From Candidatus Lustribacter sp. (lineage in GTDB: Bacteria > Vulcanimicrobiota > Vulcanimicrobiia > Vulcanimicrobiales > Vulcanimicrobiaceae), in NCBI GenBank assembly GCA_036008105.1, contig DASYOE010000392.1:1-54064 (forward strand): a stretch of DNA of 54,064 nt, in the 5' to 3' direction. Made by a program: the position numbers and the translations under genes. Position 1 is the stretch's first letter. Every line of letters begins with the position of its first letter. Of this stretch, positions 12,623 to 22,069 are shown in pieces. The notes under the pieces were generated by a model that saw only the letters and a list, made by a program, of their open reading frames with translations, was not told the origin of the DNA and did not search any database.

Positions 12623-13609
12623 GTGTCCGAGCCGGACGGCGAACTCCGCGACCTGACCTTCGCCGCCTTCCCCTCGCTGCTGCGGCCGGGCGACGTGCTC
12701 GTGTTGAACGAGACGCGGGTCATCCCGGCCCGCCTGCGCTTTGCCCGGGCCGGCGCCGGCGCGGGCGAACTATTGCTGCTTCGGCCGGCCGACCGCGCCG
12801 AGTTCGCGTTCGAAGCCCGGACCTGGTTTGCGCTCGCGCGGCCGGCGCGGCGGTTGCCGGCCGGAACCCGGCTGGAGATCGGCGGGGCCGGCGTGACGAT
12901 CGAGGGGGTCACGCCCGACGGGCAGCGGATCGTCCGGTTCGATGAGGACGTCGACCTGGCCGGGCTGCTCGCGCGCGCGGGCGAGTTGCCCCTGCCGCCG
13001 TACGTCGGACCCGGCGACGCGGCGCGCGCGGCCCGCTACCAGACGGTCTTCGCCCGCGTACCGGGCAGCGTCGCCGCCCCCACCGCCTCGTTGCATTTCA
13101 CCGAACCCGTCCTGGCCGCGATCGCGGCGCGCGGGATCGAGATCGTCCGCTTGACGCTCGACGTCGGCATCGGGACGTTCCGGCCGATGCGGCCCGGGCC
13201 CGTCGCCGCGCATCATATGCACGCCGAGCGCTACGCGATCGGGACGGAGGCCGCCGCAGCCGTCAACCGCGCCCGCGCCGGGGGCCGCCGGGTGGTCGCG
13301 GCCGGGACGACGGTCGTCCGGGCCTTGGAAGGGGCGGCCCTCGCCGGCGGCCCCGTTCCGGCCGGGGCCGGCGAAACCGACCTGTTCATCACACCGGGCT
13401 TCCGGTTCCGGGTCGTCGACGCGCTGCTGACGAACTTCCACCTCCCGCAGTCTACCTTGCTCGTGCTGGTGACCGCGTTTCTCGGTTACGAACGGACGCG
13501 CGCCGCCTATGACGCCGCGGTTACTCGAAATTACCGATTCTTTTCGTTCGGCGATGCCATGTTCGCCGAACGCGGCGACGGAAGGCCGAAGGAAGGCGAC
13601 CATGGGTGA
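12623..13609 (+). CDS. queA: S-adenosylmethionine:tRNA ribosyltransferase-isomerase
   Basis: 'VLVLNETRVIPARL', 'LPLPPYV', 'YQTVFA...GSVAAPTASLHF', 'AAGTTVVRALE', 'LLTNFHLPQSTLLVLV' and 'YRFFSFGDAMF'. 12623 (GTG) is only the first canonical start. The conserved N-terminal block 'DLDDAAAYAYDLPEDRIARTPAERREDAKLLV' is in frame upstream, back to about 12527. Confidence 0.93.
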   Translation: MSEPDGELRDLTFAAFPSLLRPGDVLVLNETRVIPARLRFARAGAGAGELLLLRPADRAEFAFEARTWFALARPARRLPAGTRLEIGGAGVTIEGVTPDGQRIVRFDEDVDLAGLLARAGELPLPPYVGPGDAARAARYQTVFARVPGSVAAPTASLHFTEPVLAAIAARGIEIVRLTLDVGIGTFRPMRPGPVAAHHMHAERYAIGTEAAAAVNRARAGGRRVVAAGTTVVRALEGAALAGGPVPAGAGETDLFITPGFRFRVVDALLTNFHLPQSTLLVLVTAFLGYERTRAAYDAAVTRNYRFFSFGDAMFAERGDGRPKEGDHG

Positions 13610-13952
13610 CACCCCGATTTTGGAGATTTCGCGCCTCGAGGAGATCTTCGAGGACGATACGGCCGGCATCGCCGATTTGCTGGAAGCGGCGATGGGAACC
13701 GGGGCCAACAACCAGGCGACGTTACGGGACGCACTGGCGCGCCACGAGCTCGATGCGGTGATGAAAGCGGCCCACGCGATCAAGGGCAGCACGGCCAATA
13801 TCGGGGGCAACGAGGTCGCCGAGGTGGCGGCACGGATCGAAAATGCGGCGCGCGCGCAGACGTGGGACGGAATCGAGCCCGCCGCAATCGAACTCGACGA
13901 GGCTTACGAGCGGCTACGGGCGGCCGTGCGCGCCTATCGAGCGGGACTGTGA
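13602..13952 (+). CDS. stand-alone Hpt (histidine phosphotransfer) domain protein
   Basis: ATG at 13602 lies in the frame of ORF 13509-13952 and is preceded by GAAGGAAGG. It overlaps the queA stop by 8 nt. The HxxKG phosphorylation motif is 'AAHAIKGSTANIGG' within a four-helix-like sequence. Confidence 0.8.
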   Translation: MGDTPILEISRLEEIFEDDTAGIADLLEAAMGTGANNQATLRDALARHELDAVMKAAHAIKGSTANIGGNEVAEVAARIENAARAQTWDGIEPAAIELDEAYERLRAAVRAYRAGL

Positions 13953-15025
13953 ACTCAAACACCAGCACCACCCCTAACAAAGTACTCGTCGTCGACGATG
14001 TCGAGACCAACCTGACGGTTTTCGCCAAGGTCGTTTCGCAAATTCCCGAGACCGAAGCCGTGTGCTTCACCTCGGCGGTGAAAGCGCTCGAATGGGCCGG
14101 TCAGAACGAGTGCGTGCTGATCATCGTGGATCAGAGCATGCCCGAATTGAGCGGCATCGAGTTCATCTCACAAGTTCGCTCGCGCGGCAACAGCTACACG
14201 CCGATCGTCATGATCACCGGACACAGCGAGAAAGAGCTGCAACGCGAAGCGCTCAAACTCGGCGCGTCGGCCTTCTTGGGCAAACCGGTCGATCCGGTCG
14301 CGTTCGTCAGCTTAGCCCGCAATCTGATCCAGCTGCGCGGCGCGCGGCTCGAGACGATGGCCAAGGCCGGGGCCGCGCACGCCGACCAGCAGTCCGCGGT
14401 CGAAGCGTTGTTCGCGCAGGAGCGCGCGACGATCGACTCGTTCGCCAAGGCCATCGATCTGCGCGATCCACGCACCGGCGATCACTGCCGCCGCGTCGCG
14501 ATGTTCTCCGAAGCGATCGCCAGCAAGATGGGACTCTCGATGATCGAGATCACGCAGCTCGCTCAAGCCGCGCGCATCCACGACATCGGCAAGCTCTCGA
14601 TGCCCGATCGCATCCTCAACAAGACGTCGCGGCTGCTGGGCGACGAACGCGACGCCGCCAAGAAGCACGTGACCGACGGAACCGCGATGCTGTCGGTGTT
14701 CACGACGCCGCTCTTGCACGCGGCAGCCGAAATCGTGCACTCGCATCACGAGCGCTTCGACGGCACCGGGTACCCGGCGAAGTTGGCCGGGCCGGCGATC
14801 CCGCTGTTCGCGCGCATCGTCGCGGTAGCCGACACGTTCTCCGCCTTGACCTCGCGCCGCCCGTGGCGCGAAGCGGCGTCGGTCAGCATCGCGGTCGAAC
14901 AAATCGAGAAGGAATCGGGCTTCGGCTTCGAGCCCAAGATCGTCGGCGCGTTTCGCGACGTGATGCCGCAACTGCTCGATATCCGGGCCGAAGTACCGGA
15001 CCTCGTTCCGGCCGTTACCCGCTAG
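13949..15025 (+). CDS. response regulator with HD-GYP domain (RpfG-type c-di-GMP phosphodiesterase)
   Basis: GTG at 13949 (GTGA overlap with the Hpt stop) lies in the frame of ORF 13862-15025. REC domain: 'KVLVVDDVETN', 'LIIVDQSMPELSG' and 'FLGKPV'. HD-GYP domain: 'HCRRVA', 'ARIHDIGK' and 'HHERFDGTGYP'. Confidence 0.9.
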   Translation: MNSNTSTTPNKVLVVDDVETNLTVFAKVVSQIPETEAVCFTSAVKALEWAGQNECVLIIVDQSMPELSGIEFISQVRSRGNSYTPIVMITGHSEKELQREALKLGASAFLGKPVDPVAFVSLARNLIQLRGARLETMAKAGAAHADQQSAVEALFAQERATIDSFAKAIDLRDPRTGDHCRRVAMFSEAIASKMGLSMIEITQLAQAARIHDIGKLSMPDRILNKTSRLLGDERDAAKKHVTDGTAMLSVFTTPLLHAAAEIVHSHHERFDGTGYPAKLAGPAIPLFARIVAVADTFSALTSRRPWREAASVSIAVEQIEKESGFGFEPKIVGAFRDVMPQLLDIRAEVPDLVPAVTR

Positions 15026-16577
15026 CGACGTTCTCGGGCCGGCCGACGCGCGAGCGCGCGTTGGTATACCACACCATGCCCGGCGCGGCATCGCGCTGTT
15101 TGCGCACGTACTTGCGCTCGGTGTAGTCGACCTCGACGCGCGGGGCATTGCGCGCGCGGCTGTGCAGCGCGGCGAAGTCGGCCGCGCAATCGAGATCGGC
15201 CGGGTCCGGTTCGCCGCCGGGCGGCGGCTGCAGCACGACGTGCGATCCGGGAATGCCGCGCGCGTGAAACCACAGATCGTCGGGACGCGCGATGCGAAAG
15301 GTCAGCTCGACGTTCTCGCGCGGGGAACGGCCGACGAAGATGCGCGCGCCCGACGGCCGCTCGATGCGTAACGGCGCGCGCGTCGCCCGCGTCGGTGACG
15401 CTTGCCCCGGCGGCGCTCTGCGCCCGTCGATGCGATCGAGTTCGGCGCCGACCTCGGCCAGCGTCGTCGCATCGCCGCGTTCGTTTTCGAACGCCAGCTC
15501 TTCGAGCGACGCGCGCTTCGCTTGCAGCGCCGCGATCCGGCGCTCGAAGTGCGGCAGCGCCGCGGTGGCTTTGCGGTAGCGCGCAAAGTAGCTCGCCGCA
15601 TTGCCCTTCGCATCGAGTTCGGGATCGAGCGCGATGTCGAGCGGCGTCTCGCCGGGCGTGCGGAAGCTCGTCGCAGCGGCCGGGATCTCGTTGCCGTACG
15701 TGTAGAGCGCATCGCCCGCCGCGCGCAACTGGTCGCGGCCGGCGGCATCGTCACGCCGCGCACCGACCGCTTCGATTTCGTCCGCGACGTCGCGCAACCG
15801 CTTCTCGATGCGCGCGCGCAGCGCGGCCCGGCGCCGCTCGCCGGCATCGCTCGCGCGCCGGCCGGCGCTGGTCGCGCGCGCCTCGGCGAAGAGCGGCAGC
15901 AAGGCCGGCTCGGTGCTGCACGCGAGCCCGGCGTACGCGGCCAGCGGCACCACGTGCGCCGCGACCAGCTTGCCGGCCTCGCGGTACGCGTACACCGGGC
16001 CATCGCCGTCGGCCGCGGCGGTCGCGTCGGCCAACTGGGCGGCGGCGATGAGTTTCGGCGCGCGCGGTCCCCCGTCGGGCAACGGCGGCGGACGGTACGG
16101 TCCGCCCACGCCGACGCTGCGGGTCTCGTTTTCGGCCGGTGAAAACTGCTTGGCGGCAGCGATCACCGCGCCGTCGCGCAGCAGCAAGAGGTTGCCGAAG
16201 CGGGGAATCAGTTCCGCGACGAGCTTCACGCCGGTCGTCACCCCAAAACGCGAGGTCGTGCCGAAGTCCAACACGAGGACGCGGTCGCCGGGACGGCTGC
16301 GCACCTCACCGAGCCGCAAGCCGCGCAGCGTCACCGCCAGTGAGCGCGCCCACCCGGGGGCGGCGCCGATCGACAGCTCGGTTTGCTCCAGCGTGACGAG
16401 CGGCGGCGACCCGAAGATGTCGATCGCGAGCACGGTTTCCGGCCGTCCACCCCGGCCGCCGATACGAACGCCGAACCGCCCGTCGTCGAGCAGCCCGGCG
16501 TCGGTAACCCGCCCGCCGCGCAGTTCGCGTTCGAGTTCGTGCGCCGCGCGCCGAACGAGGATCCAATCAGTGACCAA
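15015..16577 (-). CDS. rqcH: NFACT-family protein (RqcH / FbpA-like ribosome quality control factor)
   Basis: 520 aa. It has an NFACT-N-like N-terminus, a long Arg/Ala-rich coiled-coil middle and a C-terminal NFACT-R/DUF814 block 'IFVGRSPRENVELTFRIARPDDLWFHARGIPGSHVVL'. TTG start. Confidence 0.78.
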   Translation of the reverse strand: MVTDWILVRRAAHELERELRGGRVTDAGLLDDGRFGVRIGGRGGRPETVLAIDIFGSPPLVTLEQTELSIGAAPGWARSLAVTLRGLRLGEVRSRPGDRVLVLDFGTTSRFGVTTGVKLVAELIPRFGNLLLLRDGAVIAAAKQFSPAENETRSVGVGGPYRPPPLPDGGPRAPKLIAAAQLADATAAADGDGPVYAYREAGKLVAAHVVPLAAYAGLACSTEPALLPLFAEARATSAGRRASDAGERRRAALRARIEKRLRDVADEIEAVGARRDDAAGRDQLRAAGDALYTYGNEIPAAATSFRTPGETPLDIALDPELDAKGNAASYFARYRKATAALPHFERRIAALQAKRASLEELAFENERGDATTLAEVGAELDRIDGRRAPPGQASPTRATRAPLRIERPSGARIFVGRSPRENVELTFRIARPDDLWFHARGIPGSHVVLQPPPGGEPDPADLDCAADFAALHSRARNAPRVEVDYTERKYVRKQRDAAPGMVWYTNARSRVGRPENVASG

Positions 16578-16788
16578 GTTTAAAGGCGCTCCGCCCTAGG
16601 CTGCGCGCCCCCCACTTCGTGGGGCCCCCGGTCCGAGCTCGCAAGTTGCATTATTGCAGGGCTCGATGCGGCTGCGCTCGCTCCATCACCGGGATCGCCG
16701 TTCACAGAGGGCTCCGCGCGTTCCCCTCAGAATCGGAGTTGGTTGCTTACGGGCGAGGAGGAGTAGCGTTCTAACCGGGCCGGGGCTG

Positions 16789-17388
16789 TTGTTCGTCGTG
16801 TCCGGGCCCTCCGGGGCCGGCAAGGACACGCTCGTTGAAGGGCTGCGGCAGCGTCACGATCGCCTGAAATACTCGGTGTCCGCCACCACCCGGACGCCCC
16901 GTCCGGGCGAGCGGGAAGGCATCGAATACTTCTTCGTAACGCGCGAGGAGTTCGAAACGCGGTTGGCCGCGGGCGGCTTCATCGAGCACCGGTCCTACAA
17001 CGACCACCTCTACGGGACGCCGCGATCGTTCATCAACGAAGCGTTGTTGGACGGCTACGACGTGATCATGAAACCCGAAGTGAACGGTGCGATCGCGATC
17101 AAGGAACGGTTCCCCGAAGCGGTCTTGATCTTCATCGTACCGGACCGCTTCTCGCTCTTGCAAACGCGCCTGGAGGCACGCCGGACGGAAACCAACGACG
17201 TCATCGCGCGGCGGCTGGCCATCGCCCACGAAGAACTCCGCTACGTCCGCCTATTCGACTACCTGCTCGTCAACGAGGAAGCCCACCCCGACACCGCGGT
17301 CGAGGACCTCGAAGCCATCGTCCGCGCCGAGCGCATGCGCATCTACCGTTACCCCGACACCCGGATCAAGGAAATCGAAGAGAATTAA
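16789..17388 (+). CDS. gmk: guanylate kinase
   Basis: 'LLFVVSGPSGAGKDTL', 'SVSATTRTPRPGEREGIEYFF' and 'FIEHRSYNDHLYGT'. The ORF is open back to 16654, but that extension is Arg-rich and unlike Gmk. The exact start is uncertain (TTG 16789 or CTG 16786; an SD-like GAGGAGGAG sits at about 16755-16763). Confidence 0.88.
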   Translation: MFVVSGPSGAGKDTLVEGLRQRHDRLKYSVSATTRTPRPGEREGIEYFFVTREEFETRLAAGGFIEHRSYNDHLYGTPRSFINEALLDGYDVIMKPEVNGAIAIKERFPEAVLIFIVPDRFSLLQTRLEARRTETNDVIARRLAIAHEELRYVRLFDYLLVNEEAHPDTAVEDLEAIVRAERMRIYRYPDTRIKEIEEN

Positions 17389-17390
17389 TT

Positions 17391-17609
17391 ATGAGTGACT
17401 CAGTATTCGGCGACCTCGACGGCCTGCTTTCGCATGTCGACTCGAAATTCTCCCTCGTCAACGTCGTGACGAAGCGTGCCAAGCAACTCAACAACGGGGC
17501 CCCGCCGCTGACCGACCGGGTCAACGCCAACAAGCCCGTCTCGACGGCCTTCAGCGAAGTGCGCGAAGGACGGATCCCCTACAAGCGGACCCGCGAGGGA
17601 ATCAAGTAA
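17391..17609 (+). CDS. rpoZ: DNA-directed RNA polymerase subunit omega
   Basis: 72 aa with 'KFSLVNVVTKRAKQLNNG'. It sits in the conserved position immediately after gmk. Confidence 0.85.
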   Translation: MSDSVFGDLDGLLSHVDSKFSLVNVVTKRAKQLNNGAPPLTDRVNANKPVSTAFSEVREGRIPYKRTREGIK

Positions 17610-17640
17610 CCCCGCAGCAGCCTTACGCCTTGTAGTACAC

Positions 17641-19475
<1,835 letters not shown>

Positions 19476-19479
<4 letters not shown>

Positions 19480-20204
19480 CATCTAGAGCCGACGGGCGCG
19501 CGCCGGACCAGTTGCGGCCGGTGAAGATCGAGACCGGGTTCATGCCCAACGCCGAAGGCAGCGTGCTGATCAGCGTCGGCGAGACCCGCGTCATCTGCGC
19601 GGCGTCGTATGAAGAGCGCGTCCCGCCGTGGCTGCGCGGTCGCGGCACGGGTTGGGTGACGGCGGAGTACAGCATGCTGCCCCGCGCGACGGTCGAACGC
19701 ACGCAGCGCGAAGCGAGCCGCGGGAAGATCGGCGGGCGCACGCACGAGATCCAGCGGCTGATCGGGCGCGCGTTGCGCGCGACCGTCGACATGGCGAAGC
19801 TCGGCGAGCGCATGATCACGATCGACTGCGACGTGATCGGGGCCGACGGCGGAACGCGCACGGCCTCGATTACCGGCGCCTGGGTCGCGCTCGCGGTGGC
19901 GCTGCGCAAATACTTCGATCCGGCCGATGCCAAGACGTGGCCGCTGACGGGGCAAATCGCCGCCGTGTCGGTCGGGATCGTCGGCGGCACGCCGGTGCTC
20001 GACCTGCCGTACGTCGAAGACAGTACGGCCGAGGTCGATATGAACGTCGCGATGACCGCCGCCGGCGGCTTCGTCGAAATCCAAGGCACGGCCGAAGGCG
20101 CGCCGTTCGATCGCGCGCAGCTCGATGCGCTGTTGGCGCTGGCCGATGGGGGAATCCGTCAGTTGTTCGAGGCGCAGCTCGCCGCCCTCACCTCCCGTGT
20201 CTGA
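19476..20204 (+). CDS. rph: ribonuclease PH
   Basis: GTG at 19476 (GTGA overlap with the glmS stop) lies in the frame of ORF 19338-20204. Motifs: '[13 protein letters not shown]', '[19 protein letters not shown]', '[14 protein letters not shown]' and '[19 protein letters not shown]'. Confidence 0.95.
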
Positions 20205-20529
20205 GGCCGCACTGCGCACGCTGGCCGAACGGGTTGCGGCGTTTCACATCACCGACCGCGCGATGCTGCGCGCGCAGCGCACTTTCGAGGCCGCGTTACG
20301 TGCGGGCGAACCCACGCCGGCCGAGCGCGACGCGTACCTGGCCGCCGCGCGCAACTATTTTTCCGGATTCGAGCGCGATGCGCGGGCCGCGCTTGCCGGC
20401 GTCGACCGGGACCTGGACGCGCTCTATCAGCGCCAGTACAATCTCGCCGCCGAGCGTGGCGTCGCTCACAAACGGCTCGAAGCGGTGCAGGGCGTCCTTG
20501 CATCGCTCGCGGAACTCGCAGCTTCATGA
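20197..20529 (+). CDS. hypothetical all-helical protein upstream of mlaE
   Basis: GTG at 20197 lies in the frame of ORF 20125-20529. It overlaps the rph stop by 8 nt, and its own stop overlaps the mlaE ATG (ATGA). The ~110-aa product is Ala/Arg/Glu-rich and helical-looking, has no TM segment and does not look like a STAS domain. I recognise no family. Confidence 0.5.
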   Translation: MSEAALRTLAERVAAFHITDRAMLRAQRTFEAALRAGEPTPAERDAYLAAARNYFSGFERDARAALAGVDRDLDALYQRQYNLAAERGVAHKRLEAVQGVLASLAELAAS

Positions 20530-21299
20530 GTGTGCTCGAAGACCTGGGGCGCGAAACGACCGGGTTCTTCTCGTACGCGGGCGGTGCCGCACTGCTGCTG
20601 GCCGATTGCGCGCGCTTCATCGGCAAGCTGCGCATTCGCGTCAACGAAACCATCGAACAGGCCTACAACCTAGGCGTTCAGTCGTGGGGCATCGTGCTTT
20701 TGACCTCGCTGTGCACCGGCATGGTGTTCGCGCTCGAATCCGCGAACCAGGCCGTGGCCTACGGGGTCGGCAACCTGGTCGGCGGCGCGGTCGCGTTCAC
20801 CATGGCCCGCGAGCTGGGTCCGATGCTTTCGGCGGTGGTCGTCGCGGGACGTTCGGGCGCCGCGATCTCGGCCGAACTCGGTTCGATGGTCGTCACCGAG
20901 CAAATCGAAGCCTTGCAGTCGCTCGGGCTTTCGCCGACCCGCATGCTGGTGGTGCCGCGGCTGGTGGCGCTGGTCGTCATGCTGCCGATCTTGACCGTGT
21001 TCGCCGACATCGTCAGCATCATCGGCGGCGCCTACATCGCCAACGTGTTCGCCCACGTCAGCAACGAATCGTTCATCAATTCGGCGCGCGCGTCGGTGCC
21101 GTTCATCGACGTTTGCAAGGGGCTCTTGAAGTCGGTCGTGTTCGCGGTGATCATCGCGATCGTGGGCTCGTACAGCGGGCTCCAGACCCGCGGCGGCGCC
21201 GCCGGCGTGGGGAAGGCGACGACGTCGGCCGTCGTCATCGCGATCATCCTGATCTTCATTTTCAACTTCGCGCTGTCGTACATCCTATTTCCGCAATGA
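20526..21299 (+). CDS. mlaE: MlaE-family ABC transporter permease
   Basis: 257-aa polytopic protein with 'ALESANQAVAYG', 'ARELGPMLSAVVVAGRSGAAISAELGSMVVTEQIEAL' and 'LVVPRLVALVVMLPILT'. These are typical of MlaE/YrbE. Confidence 0.9.
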   Translation: MSVLEDLGRETTGFFSYAGGAALLLADCARFIGKLRIRVNETIEQAYNLGVQSWGIVLLTSLCTGMVFALESANQAVAYGVGNLVGGAVAFTMARELGPMLSAVVVAGRSGAAISAELGSMVVTEQIEALQSLGLSPTRMLVVPRLVALVVMLPILTVFADIVSIIGGAYIANVFAHVSNESFINSARASVPFIDVCKGLLKSVVFAVIIAIVGSYSGLQTRGGAAGVGKATTSAVVIAIILIFIFNFALSYILFPQ

Positions 21300-22069
21300 C
21301 GCAAACGCTGCCGTCGACGAAGATCTATGCGCGGCTCGAGAACGTCGGCGTGCGGTACGGGCCGAAAGTCGTCATGCAGAACCTCTCGCTCGATATCGTC
21401 GAGGGCGCGATCACCTGCATCATCGGCCTTTCGGGCGCCGGCAAGTCGACGATCTTGCGTTTGCTCAACGGCTTGCGCCGGCCCGACGAGGGACGCGTGC
21501 TGGTCGGGGATCAGGATATTTCGACCTTGCACGAGCGCGAACTGATCGTGATCCGCGAGAAGATCGGCTTTTCGTTTCAATTTGCGGCGCTGTTCGACTC
21601 GCTCTCGATCTTCGACAACGTCGCCCTGCCGTTGCGCGAGCGGACGGCCATGTCCGAGCTCGAGATCAAGTCGCACGTTGAGGAGACGCTCGACAGCGTC
21701 GGCTTGGCGACGGTCGGCGAGCGTTTTCCGGCCGAGCTGTCGGGCGGCATGGTCAAGCGGGCCGGCTTTGCGCGGGCCGTGATCGCCAACCCGCACGCCG
21801 TGCTCTACGACGAACCCACCACTGGGCTCGATCCGATCATCACCCACGTGCTGACCGACCTCATCATCCGCCTGCGCGCCCGCCTCAACGGGACCGCGGT
21901 CGTCGTCTCGCACGATCTGGAGAGCATTTACCAAATGGCCGACTACGTGGCCATGCTCTTCGAAGGTGCGATCATCGCCTACGGCACAGTCGATGAGATC
22001 AAGGCCTCGCTCAACCCGATCGTGCAGCAATTTATCCAAGGAAGCGAAGTGGGACCGATTCCGATATGA
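21296..22069 (+). CDS. mlaF: MlaF-family ABC transporter ATP-binding protein
   Basis: ATG at 21296 lies in the frame of ORF 19628-22069. Walker A 'GLSGAGKSTILR', signature 'LSGGMVKRAGFARA' and Walker B 'VLYDEPTTGLD'. Confidence 0.93.
   Translation: MTQTLPSTKIYARLENVGVRYGPKVVMQNLSLDIVEGAITCIIGLSGAGKSTILRLLNGLRRPDEGRVLVGDQDISTLHERELIVIREKIGFSFQFAALFDSLSIFDNVALPLRERTAMSELEIKSHVEETLDSVGLATVGERFPAELSGGMVKRAGFARAVIANPHAVLYDEPTTGLDPIITHVLTDLIIRLRARLNGTAVVVSHDLESIYQMADYVAMLFEGAIIAYGTVDEIKASLNPIVQQFIQGSEVGPIPI

Noticed and set aside
16654-16788. N-terminal extension of the gmk ORF (244-aa version starting at TTG 16654 or ATG 16666).
   Set aside because: The extension ('MRLRSLHHRDRRSQRAPRVPLRIGVGCLRARRSS') is Arg-rich and unlike any guanylate kinase N-terminus. 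Gmk normally starts a few residues before the GPSGAGK P-loop.
17610-17640. Possible glmS ribozyme upstream of glmS.
   Set aside because: Only 31 nt separate rpoZ from glmS. That is far too short for the ~170-nt ribozyme, and none of its conserved core is visible.
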